Shown here piece after piece: positions 28,083 to 38,187 of a stretch of 64,000 nucleotides of DNA. The translations under genes and the position numbers were made by a program. The notes under the pieces were generated by a model, which was not told where the DNA came from, did no database searches, and saw only the letters and a program-made list of their open reading frames with translations. Every line of letters starts with the position of its first letter. Position 1 is the stretch's first letter. The stretch lies in assembly GCA_035266845.1 (NCBI GenBank), contig DATFMP010000077.1, forward strand, positions 809-64,808. The letters run 5' to 3'. This stretch comes from a bacterium (GTDB lineage Bacteria > SAR324 > JACQKK01).

Positions 28083-29045
28083 ATGACGCGATCCGCCGCG
28101 ACCACTCACGCCGTTCGGCCCCTTCCCTACGGGATCGGGCTGACCATCTGCTATGTCTGTCTCTCCGTCGTCGCCTTCTACGGACTCGAAACGGCCCTTG
28201 ACCACCTGATCGGCGGCCACATCGCCGCAATCCTCGACCGGGTCGAATGGAAAACCGCGCTGCCATTCCTGCTCGTCACGTCGCTGCTGTTCCTGCTGGT
28301 CTGCGTGACGCTGCTGCACAGCCTGATGGAGCGCACCCGCGCGCTGGAACAGGTGGAGACACAACGCCTCGCGGCAGAGCAGCGGGCCCTGTTGGGCGCG
28401 CTGAGTGCCTCGGTGATCCACGACTGCAACAACCTGCTCACCGTTGTGCAGGGCAACGCGTCGCTGCTGGAGCAATATGCACCCGCGCTGGGCGGCCAGG
28501 GTGCCGAATACCTGGCCAGGTTGGAGCAAGCCCTGCAGAGCCTTTCCGGCTTGACCCGTTTGTTCATGAAATACGCCGGCGCGCCGGAACACACACTGCT
28601 GTACGACCTGGGGGCCGTCGTAACCGAGTGCCTCAGTCTTCTTCGTCACCACCCAAGGGTGCACACCTGTGATGTGCGCATGGAAGTCGCGGAATCCGTT
28701 GCCATCCGTGGCAACCTGATGCTGATCTGGAGCGCATTGACCAATCTGGTGCTCAATGCCGCGGACGCCACGGAGCATCGCGGCCACATCTTGCTACACC
28801 TGCACGCGGACAGGAGTTGGGCCGTGCTCGAAGTGCACGACAACGGCCCCGGCGTGCCGACGCGAGAGCGGCAGCGCATCTTCGCGCCATTCCACACAAC
28901 GCGAACAGACGGCAACGGACTGGGCCTCGTCTCCGTGACGCGCTGCATGCAGGCACACGGTGGGCGCGTGGAGGTTACAGATTCTCCAATGGGTGGCGCG
29001 TGCTTCCGCTTGCATTTCCTGGCGCTCGTGGAGCCGACACCCTGA
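28083..29045 (+). CDS. sensor histidine kinase (2 TM, HisKA + HATPase_c), no cognate response regulator adjacent
   Basis: H-box SVIHDCNNLLTVVQGN; N/G boxes LVLNAADAT..., HDNGPGVP, GNGLGL. Confidence 0.8.
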   Translation: MTRSAATTHAVRPLPYGIGLTICYVCLSVVAFYGLETALDHLIGGHIAAILDRVEWKTALPFLLVTSLLFLLVCVTLLHSLMERTRALEQVETQRLAAEQRALLGALSASVIHDCNNLLTVVQGNASLLEQYAPALGGQGAEYLARLEQALQSLSGLTRLFMKYAGAPEHTLLYDLGAVVTECLSLLRHHPRVHTCDVRMEVAESVAIRGNLMLIWSALTNLVLNAADATEHRGHILLHLHADRSWAVLEVHDNGPGVPTRERQRIFAPFHTTRTDGNGLGLVSVTRCMQAHGGRVEVTDSPMGGACFRLHFLALVEPTP

Positions 29046-29242
29046 CTGAAGCAGACGCCCGAGGCAGGTGCGGACCCGCCAATGGGACAGATTGGAGACG
29101 CTCGGATCGCTTGCAGGTAGTCCAGCAACGAGGCTGGCAGCGTCGACCACATCGTTCCGTCGATGTTTTCTGAACTATTATATATCGATTATTGCGGGTC
29201 GCTTATGGTTCAAATACGTGATCACAAGGCGTGGCGGCGCCG

Positions 29243-30256
29243 CTAGAGGCGCCCTTCTTCCACCGCATGGCAGGCGACCAAAGTGCCATCGCCATACGGG
29301 TGCAGTTGGGGCAACTCCCGCTTGCAGCGTTCGTTGGCGAATGGACAGCGCGGATGGAAGGTGCAGCCGGGCGGCGGATTGATCGGACTTGGCACCTCGC
29401 CGGCCACCGGAGTGCGCGGTTTTCCCGAAAGCTCCAGGTCCGGGACGCTGTCCAGCAGCATGCGCGTATAGGGATGTCGCGGTCGCCCAAACACCTGCTC
29501 GCGCATGCCCACCTCGCACAGCGCGCCCAGATACAGCACCCCCACCCGTGTGGAGACGTGGTAGACGACCGCCAGGTTGTGCGAGATGAACAGGTAGGTC
29601 AGCCCCAACTCACGCTGCAACTCCAGCATCAGGTTGAGGATCTGCGCCTGCACAGAGACGTCCAGTGCGCTGGTGGGCTCGTCGCACACCAGGAACTCCG
29701 GGTTGCTCGCCAGCGCCCGCGCGATGCAAATGCGCTGCCGCTGACCGCCAGAGAACTCGTGCGGGAACTTGTCCAGGTCCGAACGTGAGAGTCCGACCTG
29801 CTCCAGTAGTTGCCCGGCCAGGGCAAAGCGCTCCTCACGCCCCATGCGATGCCCGACCGGCTCGGACACCAGCCGATTGACACGCCAGCGCGGGTTTAGC
29901 GAGGCGTAGGGATCCTGGAAGATCATCTGCATGCGTCGCCGCAGCGGCAGCGCTTCAGCCCGGCCCAGCGTGTCCATGCGCTGGCCCTCGAAGAGCACGC
30001 GACCGTCCGTGGGCCGGTCCAGGCCCACGATCAGGCGCCCTACCGTGGACTTGCCCGATCCCGACTCGCCGACCAACGAGAAGGTCTCGCCAGGCTGGAT
30101 GGCAAAGCTGACGTCGTTCACGGCGCGCACCAGCACGTGGCCCGTGCGGTAAACGGTGCGCCGCAGCCAGCCGCCTGAGACGTCGAAGAAGCGCCTGAGA
30201 TTCTCCACCTGCACCAGCGGCTGCGCTGGTACCGGGTTGGCGTCGGGCGCTCTCAT
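29243..30256 (-). CDS. peptide/nickel ABC transporter ATP-binding protein (DppF/OppF-like)
   Basis: Walker A GESGSGKSTV, signature FSGGQRQRICIARAL, and a C-terminal oligopeptide-ABC extension (PYTRMLLDSVP..CHF). Start at 30256 (MRAPDANP). Confidence 0.85.
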   Translation of the reverse strand: MRAPDANPVPAQPLVQVENLRRFFDVSGGWLRRTVYRTGHVLVRAVNDVSFAIQPGETFSLVGESGSGKSTVGRLIVGLDRPTDGRVLFEGQRMDTLGRAEALPLRRRMQMIFQDPYASLNPRWRVNRLVSEPVGHRMGREERFALAGQLLEQVGLSRSDLDKFPHEFSGGQRQRICIARALASNPEFLVCDEPTSALDVSVQAQILNLMLELQRELGLTYLFISHNLAVVYHVSTRVGVLYLGALCEVGMREQVFGRPRHPYTRMLLDSVPDLELSGKPRTPVAGEVPSPINPPPGCTFHPRCPFANERCKRELPQLHPYGDGTLVACHAVEEGRL

Positions 30257-31287
30257 GGGCGCACCCCCTCGGCCTCGTCTGAATACAGGTAGCACGCAGT
30301 CTCATGCCCCGGCGCCACAGACAGCAGTGCCGGTACCGCCTCGGTGCAGCGCGCGAAGCGCCGCTGACAGCGCGGATTGAACGCGCAACCGCTTGGGATG
30401 GCGTCCAGTCGAGGCATGCTGCCCTCTATCTGCGCGAGCTGCGTGGTTGTGCCGCCGATATGGGGAATCGCTGCCATCAGCCCGACTGTGTAAGGATGGC
30501 GCGGATTCTTCACCACCTCCCGCACCGGCCCGATTTCCACGATGCGCCCGGCATACATTACCGCGACGCGATCCGCCGTTTCGGCGATGACGCCCATGTC
30601 GTGCGTGACCAGGATCACCGCCGTGCCGCGCTCGCGGCACAGCCTCTTCAGAAGGTTAATGATCTGCGCCTGCACCGAGACGTCCAGCGCCGTGGTGGGC
30701 TCGTCGGCCAGCACCAGGCGCGGCTCGGTGCAGAGCGCCAGCGCAATCACGACCCGCTGGCGCATACCGCCCGAGAACTGGTGCGGGTAGTGCCGGAAGC
30801 GCTCGTGTGCGGCTGGGATACCCACCTCGGTGAGAATGCCGATGGCGCGCCGCTCCGCCTCACCCCGGCTGATGTCCAGATGCGTAAGCAGCGTTTCCAC
30901 CAGCATGTCGCCGATGCGGTAGAGCGGATTGAGCGAGGTCAGGGGATCCTGGAAGATCGCGCCGATGTCGCGCCCGCGGATCTTGCGCAGCCCGGCCTGA
31001 TCGAGTTGGGTCAAGTCCTGCCCCAGGAAGCGTACCTCGCCGCGCGCGATGCGCCCTGGCGGTTCCAGCAGACCGATGATGGCGTTGCCGGTCATGGACT
31101 TGCCGGCGCCCGATTCGCCCACGACGCCCAGGATCTCGCCCGGCATCACGTCGAAGTTGACGTCCTGGATCGCCGTGAGCGTGCGGCGCCGCGTGGGAAA
31201 CTGCACCTCCAGGCCACGCACGGAAAGCAGTGGCGTGCGTGAATCGTCTGGGGCGGTGTGCGTATTGGGGGTAGGGGTGACCGTCAT
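30253..31287 (-). CDS. peptide/nickel ABC transporter ATP-binding protein (DppD/OppD-like)
   Basis: Walker A GESGAGKSMT, signature FSGGMRQRVVIALAL, and a C-terminal PYTVGLMAAIP motif. Confidence 0.85.
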   Translation of the reverse strand: MTVTPTPNTHTAPDDSRTPLLSVRGLEVQFPTRRRTLTAIQDVNFDVMPGEILGVVGESGAGKSMTGNAIIGLLEPPGRIARGEVRFLGQDLTQLDQAGLRKIRGRDIGAIFQDPLTSLNPLYRIGDMLVETLLTHLDISRGEAERRAIGILTEVGIPAAHERFRHYPHQFSGGMRQRVVIALALCTEPRLVLADEPTTALDVSVQAQIINLLKRLCRERGTAVILVTHDMGVIAETADRVAVMYAGRIVEIGPVREVVKNPRHPYTVGLMAAIPHIGGTTTQLAQIEGSMPRLDAIPSGCAFNPRCQRRFARCTEAVPALLSVAPGHETACYLYSDEAEGVRP

Positions 31288-31294
31288 CCGCCCT

Positions 31295-32218
31295 CTAGCG
31301 CAGCTTCGGATTGAGGGCGTCGCGCAGCCAGTCGCCCAACAGGTTCACGGCCAGGATCAGAATCGCCAGGGCCGCTCCTGGAAAGACGACAATCCACCAC
31401 TCACCAGAGAACAGGAAGTCGTTGCCGATCCGGATCAACGTGCCCAGCGAGGGCGTCGTGGGCGGCATGCCGACGCCCAGGAATGACAGCGAGGCTTCCG
31501 TGAGGATGGAGATGGCCAACCCGATGGTCCCGATCACCAGCACCGGCCCCATTACGTTGGGCAGCACGTGCTGGCCCATGATCGCCGCGGGACTGCGCCC
31601 GATGATGCGCGCGGCCTGCACGTACTCCTTGTTTCGCTCCACCATGGTGGAGCCTCGCACCGTGCGCGCAAAGGGCGGCCAACTCGATACGCCGATGGAG
31701 AAGATCAGCACGTAGATCGCGCTCTGGTCCTGGGTGACGTTGGGGAAGATACCGCGCACCACCCCATCGATGAGCATGGCCACGAGCAGGGCCGGAAAAC
31801 TCAGCGTGACGTCCGCGACGCGCATGATGAAGTTGTCCAGCGCCCCACCTGCGTAACCGGAGAGCAGCCCCAGCGCCACCCCGATCACCATCGCCATCAG
31901 CATGGCCCCCACCCCCACCAGCAGCGAAATGCGCGAGCCGAAGAGGATGGTGGAGAAGATGTCGCGCCCCTGATCGTCAGTCCCCAGCACATAGTGCACC
32001 ATGCCCGCGTGGTACCAGACGGGTGGCGTGAAGGCGTCCATCAGGTTCAGGTCGCCTGGATTGAACGGGTTCTGCGGCGCAATCAGCGGGGCCAGCACGG
32101 CCGACACGATGAACATGATTGTCACCACCGCGGCCAGCATCGTCACCTTGGAAGAGGTGAAGCTGTACCAGATGTCGCTGTCAAAGACTTGGTGTGCGAT
32201 TTCGCGGATGCGTTGCAT
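31295..32218 (-). CDS. peptide ABC transporter permease (DppC/OppC-like)
   Basis: DppC-type N-terminus and EAA loop region ASLSFLGVGMPPTTPSLG. Confidence 0.85.
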   Translation of the reverse strand: MQRIREIAHQVFDSDIWYSFTSSKVTMLAAVVTIMFIVSAVLAPLIAPQNPFNPGDLNLMDAFTPPVWYHAGMVHYVLGTDDQGRDIFSTILFGSRISLLVGVGAMLMAMVIGVALGLLSGYAGGALDNFIMRVADVTLSFPALLVAMLIDGVVRGIFPNVTQDQSAIYVLIFSIGVSSWPPFARTVRGSTMVERNKEYVQAARIIGRSPAAIMGQHVLPNVMGPVLVIGTIGLAISILTEASLSFLGVGMPPTTPSLGTLIRIGNDFLFSGEWWIVVFPGAALAILILAVNLLGDWLRDALNPKLR

Positions 32219-32234
32219 GGCCCATCTGTCCGGC

Positions 32235-33218
32235 TTAGTGCCCGTGCGGGCTGGATTCGGCCCGCAGGCGCGGATCCACCACGAAATAGAGAACGTCCAC
32301 GATCAGGTTGATGACCACAAAGAAGAACGCGATCAGTACCAGATAGGTGGACATAATCGGAATGTCGGCAAACTGGACGGCTTGGACAAAGAGTAGTCCC
32401 ATGCCCGGCCACTGGAACACGGTCTCGGTGATGATCGCAAAGGCGATGATGCCCCCCAGCTGCAGCCCCGTGATGGTGATCACGGGCACAAGCGTGTTCT
32501 TCAGGGCGTGACCGAAGTTGATGGCCCGCGGCGTGAGACCCCGCGCGCGTGCGAACTTGATGAAATCCGTGCGCATTACCTCCAGTATCTCCGAGCGCAC
32601 CAGACGCATGGTCAGTGTGAGCTGGAACAGCCCCAGCGTGAACGCGGGCATGATGAGCGACTTGAGCCCGCTCGCCGTGAGCAGCCCGGTCGTCCAAACG
32701 CCCAGATGCACCACGTCACCTCGACCGAAAGTAGGCAACCAACCCAGCAACACCCCGAACACGAGGATCAGCAGGATACCGATAAAGAACGTGGGCAGAG
32801 ATACCCCCACCAGCGATATGGTCAGGAACACCTTGCTGAGCCAGCTGTCGGGCCGCAGCCCGGTGTAGATACCCATCGGGATACCCGCCACCAGCGCAAA
32901 CAGGGCGGCCAGCAAGCTCAGCTCCAGCGTGGCCGGAAGCCGTTCGATGATCAGTTCGCTGACGGGACGCCCGATGCGAAACGAGATGCCGAAGTTCCCC
33001 CGCACCGTGTTGCCCACGAATCGGGCGAACTGCACCACCACCGGGTCGTTGAGACCCAGTTCCTGGCGCATCTGCTCGCGCACCTGGATGGGTGTGTCCT
33101 GGCCCACCATCTGCGAGATCGGATCGCCCACGTACCGAAACATCGCAAAGGCGATCAGTCCCACGGTCAGCATCACGACGATGGACTGCACCAATCGCCG
33201 GATGATCATCACCAACAT
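32235..33218 (-). CDS. peptide ABC transporter permease (DppB/OppB-like)
   Basis: MLVMIIRRLVQSIVVMLTVGLIAFAMF is the typical DppB N-terminus. 327 aa. Confidence 0.85.
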   Translation of the reverse strand: MLVMIIRRLVQSIVVMLTVGLIAFAMFRYVGDPISQMVGQDTPIQVREQMRQELGLNDPVVVQFARFVGNTVRGNFGISFRIGRPVSELIIERLPATLELSLLAALFALVAGIPMGIYTGLRPDSWLSKVFLTISLVGVSLPTFFIGILLILVFGVLLGWLPTFGRGDVVHLGVWTTGLLTASGLKSLIMPAFTLGLFQLTLTMRLVRSEILEVMRTDFIKFARARGLTPRAINFGHALKNTLVPVITITGLQLGGIIAFAIITETVFQWPGMGLLFVQAVQFADIPIMSTYLVLIAFFFVVINLIVDVLYFVVDPRLRAESSPHGH

Positions 33219-33317
33219 GAGCGAAACGTCCTACCGAGGCCTGGATGAGAGGGGGGGCGCGAGGCACCCCGGGCCGGCCACGTTGGACCGGCCCGGGGCA
33301 GCCTGCAACGGGTCAGG

Positions 33318-34910
33318 CTACTTCATATCGACGTGGTACCAGTGGAACACGTTGTCTGCACGCTGCTTCACGGTGATCTTGTCGCTCACCCCCCAGGCCA
33401 AAGCCTGTTGGTGCAGGGGGATCGTGGCGATGTCGTGGATGACGATGCCCCACACCTTGTGCAGCATTGCGGCACGCTTCTTCTGGTTGGTCTCGCTCAG
33501 AATTTCAGCGGTGAGCTTGTCCACCTCGTGGTTGCAGTAGCCACCCAGATTGAAGCGGCCCTTCTTGCCTTCCGGGCAGTTGAGCAGGTTGTACAGGGGG
33601 TTCCAGCTATCAAAGCTGTCCGGCTGCCACCCGATCAGGTAGAAGTCCGTGTCCAGCTTCGGCGGCAGGATCTTGCCGAAGTAGATGGCCTTGGGTTGCG
33701 CCAGCAGGTCCACCTTCACGCCCACCTTGGCCAGCATACCCACGACGGCTTGGCAGATCTGCGCGTCGTTGACGTAACGGTCGTTCGGGCAGTCCATGTG
33801 CAGTTCGAACCCATCGGGATAGCCCGCCTCGGTCAGCAGGGCCTTGGCCTTCTCCGGGTCGTAGGGCAGCCGCTTGAAGGATTTTTCATAGCCGATGATA
33901 CCCGGGGCGACCATGATCGCCGTAGGCGTCGCCAAGCCACGCATCACTTTCGCGGCGATCGCGTCCTCGTCAATGGCTTGGTAGAAGGCCTGACGCACAC
34001 GCTTGTCCTTGAACGGATTCTTGCCCTTCACATTGGAATGCAGCAGCTCATCCCGGAACATGTCCATGCCCAGGTAGATGGTGCGCACTTCCGGGCCCAC
34101 CAGCATGTGCGTGCCCGCGTTGTCGTCCACCCGCTTCATGTCCTGCACGGGGATCGGGTACGCCATCGCCACGTTGCCGGAGAGCAGGGCGGCGACCCGC
34201 GTGGAAGCCGAGGCGATCGGCGACATGACCACGCGGTCGGGCATCCCCTTGTGGTTCTTGGCATCCCACCATTTCGGGTAGGCCTTGAACACGCTCTTCA
34301 CGTCCGCCTCGCGGCTCACCAACGTGTAGGGGCCAGTGCCGTTCTCGTGCAGGTGGGCATAGCTGGCGCCGGCTCCGGAAGGGCCTTCCGGCATGTCGGC
34401 CTGGTGCTCATCGGCCCAGCCCTTTGACATGATCATCCACGTCTCCCATTCCGACGTGATGATCGGGTTGGGCGCGCTGGTGATGAAGTCCACCGTATAG
34501 CGGTCTACCTTGCGCACATCCGTGACTGAGGCCAGTTTCCCGCCCACGTCGGAGCCTTTGGCCGTGGCCCGCTTGTACGAGAACACGACATCATCCGCCG
34601 TAAACGGCCGGCCATCGTGGAACGTCACGCCGTGGCGCAGGTACACGCGCCAGCGGGTGGGCTCCTTGAGCTCCCAGCGAACGGCTAGCGCCGGCACGAC
34701 CTTCAGGTCCGCCGTGCGGCGCACCAGCCCTTCATACACGTTGCCCAGCGTGCCCAGCGAGAAGGTCTCGTTCAGGGAGTACGGATCCATCGAGTGGATA
34801 TCGCCCTGGAATGCCCAGTGCAGTTCTTTGGCCTGCGGGGTCGGTGGCGCCGCAGCGATCGCTACCACCAGCGCGACGGCCAAGCCCAATGCTTTGAAGT
34901 TTAGGCGCAT
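33318..34910 (-). CDS. ABC transporter substrate-binding protein, family 5 (peptide/nickel/opine type)
   Basis: 530 aa. Signal peptide MRLNFKALGLAVALVVAIAAAPPTPQA and the SBP_bac_5 architecture. AGGAG RBS 8 nt before ATG 34910. Confidence 0.85.
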   Translation of the reverse strand: MRLNFKALGLAVALVVAIAAAPPTPQAKELHWAFQGDIHSMDPYSLNETFSLGTLGNVYEGLVRRTADLKVVPALAVRWELKEPTRWRVYLRHGVTFHDGRPFTADDVVFSYKRATAKGSDVGGKLASVTDVRKVDRYTVDFITSAPNPIITSEWETWMIMSKGWADEHQADMPEGPSGAGASYAHLHENGTGPYTLVSREADVKSVFKAYPKWWDAKNHKGMPDRVVMSPIASASTRVAALLSGNVAMAYPIPVQDMKRVDDNAGTHMLVGPEVRTIYLGMDMFRDELLHSNVKGKNPFKDKRVRQAFYQAIDEDAIAAKVMRGLATPTAIMVAPGIIGYEKSFKRLPYDPEKAKALLTEAGYPDGFELHMDCPNDRYVNDAQICQAVVGMLAKVGVKVDLLAQPKAIYFGKILPPKLDTDFYLIGWQPDSFDSWNPLYNLLNCPEGKKGRFNLGGYCNHEVDKLTAEILSETNQKKRAAMLHKVWGIVIHDIATIPLHQQALAWGVSDKITVKQRADNVFHWYHVDMK

Positions 34911-34938
34911 CTATGGTTGCTCCTGGCAAAGAGAATCG

Positions 34939-34961
34939 AATGCCGCGCGGTTCGCGGCATT
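34939..34961. promoter_or_regulatory. perfect 9-bp inverted repeat in the 5' leader of the peptide-transporter operon (operator or attenuator hairpin)
   Basis: AATGCCGCG-cggtt-CGCGGCATT, located 29-51 nt upstream of the SBP start codon, within a 425-bp non-coding leader. Confidence 0.3.
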
Positions 34962-35337
34962 GGCTCGGTGGGATGCTAGGCGGCAGATGCGCATCGGGCG
35001 CGCCTTGCGGCGCGGTCCTTCGAAACCAAGGGGCTTCGCCAGAGACGCCGCGGGCGGCTCCCCCCGCCAATCGGTGTCGTGCCTAGCGCGCGCTGCTTCC
35101 AGACGAATCCCTGACCGGTGCAGAATTACGCCCTACCATGGGCAGTGGGCGGCGTGAAGTCAATGGGAAAGTAGGCGCCAGGGCTCGGATGCGCCAATTA
35201 TGGCCGCTACCGGGCCCGATCGCAGCCTCCCATGACCGGAAGGTCTGCGACCGGTGCCCCCGCAGCGGGGATCGCGCGAGTGACGCCGGCGCCGGGCCGC
35301 CATGGGGAGCGACCGGGCGAATGCGGGATGCTGCGGG

Positions 35338-35964
35338 TCAGGCTTTCACAGCCGGATTGAGGCTGTACGTGCCTGTGATGCTGGCCTTGGCGAGCACGTG
35401 GTTCTGCATGGCCTTGATGGCATCGGGCCCCGTGAAACGGTCGGGAATGTTCAGCGTGGACACGCTCAGGGCGTACACGGTGAACACGTAGTGGTGCACG
35501 ATCTCGTCGTTCCAGGGCGGGCAGGGGCCATCGTAACCACCGTAGGTGCCGCCCATGTCCGGGTCTCCGGCCATGAAGTTCGTGTAGTCGTTCAGGCCGC
35601 GCTGCCCATGAGGAGTCTTGCCCAGGGGCTTGCCCTTGGGCGTCACGCGGTCGGAATCGGCACCCGCGGCCAGCTCCGACGTCGAGGCCGGAATGTCCAC
35701 CAGGGTCCAGTGGTAGAAGTCCGTACGCGGCAGGCTGGCCTTGATGGTCTTGCCCTCCTGGTTACCGTCGTCGAACGACGTCGGGACGTCCGGGTCCACA
35801 CAGATGATGGCGAAGGACTTCGTGCCGGCCGGCGCATCCGTCCAGCGCAAGTGCGGACTGCGGTTGTTGCTCAGGTCCATGTGCTGCGTGGGATGCTGCT
35901 TGCCGAAGGCGAACTCAGTGGGAATCGGACCGTTGTCCCGGAAGGAATTGCTGTGCAGTTGCAT
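35338..35964 (-). CDS. YbhB/YbcL-family PEBP (Raf-kinase-inhibitor-like) protein
   Basis: 208 aa from ATG 35964. Conserved PEBP core DPDVP...YHW...GPCPP. Confidence 0.8.
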   Translation of the reverse strand: MQLHSNSFRDNGPIPTEFAFGKQHPTQHMDLSNNRSPHLRWTDAPAGTKSFAIICVDPDVPTSFDDGNQEGKTIKASLPRTDFYHWTLVDIPASTSELAAGADSDRVTPKGKPLGKTPHGQRGLNDYTNFMAGDPDMGGTYGGYDGPCPPWNDEIVHHYVFTVYALSVSTLNIPDRFTGPDAIKAMQNHVLAKASITGTYSLNPAVKA

Positions 35965-36130
35965 GCCGTCCTCCCTGCTGGAATGGAATGCGGCGCGGGG
36001 GCCCGCGGGCCCAGCGCCCCGCGGAAGGCGTGTCGTTGCTTGCCGCCCCGATTGTTCCACCCGCTCCCGGCCGGATCAAGCCCCACGGGCCGGCACATAT
36101 GGGCCCGCCCGCGCCGGGGGCCCCGCGACG

Positions 36131-36898
36131 TCATTTCACCGCAACGATGAAGAGCCGCTGGAAGGGGAACAGCGTGGTGCCATCCTCGCGGCGCGGATAG
36201 GCCTGCGCGATGCGGCGGCGGTAGTCCGCCTCGAAGGCGCTGCGCTCGGGCTCCTCCAGCGCGTCCAGCAGAGGCTTGAGCCAGGAGCCCTTGGTGAATT
36301 CCGCCACGGGGTTCTCTCCGCTCAGCACCTGCAGGTAGCGTGTCTCCCAGATATCCAGCCGCCGACTCAGCGGAGCGAGCACGTCGTAGTAGAACTGGGG
36401 CTCCTCCACGGGCGGCGGCCGCAACAGCCCGGTCACCCGCTTGGCCCAGGGGCCGCCGTGCGCGGCATCGGCCATCATGGCGTGGGACGGCTCGCGGAAA
36501 TTGCGCGGCATCTGCACGGCGAGCACGCCCTCCGGCGCCAGAAAGCCCATCAGCCGCGCGATGAGCGCCGCGTGATCGCCCAGCCAGTGCAGGGCCGCGT
36601 TGGCGTAAATCACCTGCGGCGGCTGCGCGGGCTGCCACGTTCCGAAGTCCGCCTGCTCCCATTGAATGGAGCGGTCGGCCTCGCGCGCCCGTGCCAGCAT
36701 CTCCGCAGAGCTGTCCAGGCCTGTGATCTCCGCCAGCGGCCAGCGCTCGCGCAGGTAGCGGGTGACATTGCCCGGTCCGCAGCCCAGGTCCACCACCCGT
36801 ACCGGGGAGTCCACGGGGATGCGGGCCAGCAGCTCCAGCGCGGGGCGCAGGCGGTGGTCGGCAAAGTTGAGGTACTGCGCGGGATCCCAAGTGGCCAT
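36131..36898 (-). CDS. trans-aconitate 2-methyltransferase-like SAM-dependent methyltransferase
   Basis: MATWDPAQYLNFADHRLRPALELLARIP...VVDLGCGPGNVT is the Tam-family signature. ATG verified at 36898. Confidence 0.75.
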   Translation of the reverse strand: MATWDPAQYLNFADHRLRPALELLARIPVDSPVRVVDLGCGPGNVTRYLRERWPLAEITGLDSSAEMLARAREADRSIQWEQADFGTWQPAQPPQVIYANAALHWLGDHAALIARLMGFLAPEGVLAVQMPRNFREPSHAMMADAAHGGPWAKRVTGLLRPPPVEEPQFYYDVLAPLSRRLDIWETRYLQVLSGENPVAEFTKGSWLKPLLDALEEPERSAFEADYRRRIAQAYPRREDGTTLFPFQRLFIVAVK

Positions 36899-37079
36899 GG
36901 GCAACTCCTCCGGGTGAATAGGGGCTCCGCGCCCTTGTAGCACCATCGCGCGCGCGCGTCTTGCCTCGTGGCATCGCACCCGCGTGTTGTGTCCACGCCG
37001 GCCGAGGGATATGGGTGAGGAGAGCCTTGCGAACCGACGATCATCGGGAGCAGCCGCAACCCACGCCGTGGAGTCCGCC

Positions 37080-37505
37080 ATGTCCCGACGCACCACCGCC
37101 CGACTGCGTGGCTTGGTAGGATTGCGCGCGGTGGGCCTGTTGCTGGCATTGGCGTGCCTGCCGGCGCTGGCATGGGCTACGCCGGTAGAGGTGGTGCACG
37201 CCCGCTTCGAGCGCAGCGGCAACGCGTGGGATGTGTCCGTGACGCTGCGTCACGCGGACTCCGGATGGGCGCACTATGCCAACGTGTGGGTGGTGGAAAC
37301 GCTGGACGGTGAGGTGCTTGGACGACGCGAATTGTTGCACCCGCACGAGGACGAGCAGCCGTTCACCCGCTCCGAGCGCATCCGCATCCCGGCGGAGATC
37401 ACGCGGGTGCGGGTGCGGGCGGGGGACAACGTGGACGGTCTGAACAGCAACGCCGTGGTGGTGGACCTGACCCGCCGCCAGGGCGACCGCTACGACGTGC
37501 GCTGA
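37080..37505 (+). CDS. hypothetical secreted protein (signal peptide, ~140 aa)
   Basis: MSRRTTARLRGLVGLRAVGLLLALACLPALAWA is a cleavable signal. No recognisable domain. Confidence 0.5.
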   Translation: MSRRTTARLRGLVGLRAVGLLLALACLPALAWATPVEVVHARFERSGNAWDVSVTLRHADSGWAHYANVWVVETLDGEVLGRRELLHPHEDEQPFTRSERIRIPAEITRVRVRAGDNVDGLNSNAVVVDLTRRQGDRYDVR

Positions 37506-37530
37506 GCGAGAACCCCCGGGAGGAAGCCTG

Positions 37531-38157
37531 TTGGACTACGTGCTCAACGCCTTCATCACGCTCTTCATCGTGATCGACCCCATCGGGGTGGCGCCCATCT
37601 TCGTGGGCCTCACGGCACGGGGCGATGCGGCGCACCGCGACCGCATGGCGTGGCGGGGCGTGCTGCTGGCGGCGGTGATCCTGTACCTGTTCGCACTGGG
37701 CGGCCCGCCCCTGCTGCGGGCACTGGGTGTCAGCCTGGCGGCCTTCCGCATCGCGGGCGGCGTGCTGCTGTTCCTGCTGGCGGTGGACATGGTGCTGGTG
37801 CGGCCCAGCGGCCTGCGCTCCGCCACGGGCGAGGAGCAGCGCGAGGCCATGGACTTCGAGGACATCTCCGTGTTCCCGCTGGCCATTCCGCTCATCGCCG
37901 GGCCCGGCGCCCTGACCTCACTGGTGCTGCTGATGGGCCGCGCCAGCGACGACCCCGTGCGCATCGCGTGGCTGCTGGCCGTGCTGGCTGCCGTGCTGGC
38001 CTGCGCGCTGCTGGCGTTGCTCTTCGCCGCGCGCATTACCACCCTGCTGGGCACCACGGGGGCCAACGTGATCTCGCGCGTGCTGGGAATCGTGCTGGCC
38101 GCGCTGGCGGTGCAGTTCATGCTGGACGGCGTGGTCGGCGCCGGTCTATTGCGCTGA
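37531..38157 (+). CDS. MarC-family (UPF0056) integral membrane protein
   Basis: MDYVLNAFITLFIVIDPIGVAPIF is the MarC N-terminal signature. 6 TM segments. Confidence 0.8.
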   Translation: MDYVLNAFITLFIVIDPIGVAPIFVGLTARGDAAHRDRMAWRGVLLAAVILYLFALGGPPLLRALGVSLAAFRIAGGVLLFLLAVDMVLVRPSGLRSATGEEQREAMDFEDISVFPLAIPLIAGPGALTSLVLLMGRASDDPVRIAWLLAVLAAVLACALLALLFAARITTLLGTTGANVISRVLGIVLAALAVQFMLDGVVGAGLLR

Positions 38158-38187
38158 CCCCTGCGGCGAGTGCCCAGCGCGAAGCAC

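Noticed and set aside
35741-36974. 399-aa plus and 367-aa minus ORFs overlapping the PEBP and Tam genes
   Set aside because: Composition-driven artefacts. Real genes were assigned from family motifs (DPDVP/YHW; Tam N-terminal signature) with verified ATG starts.
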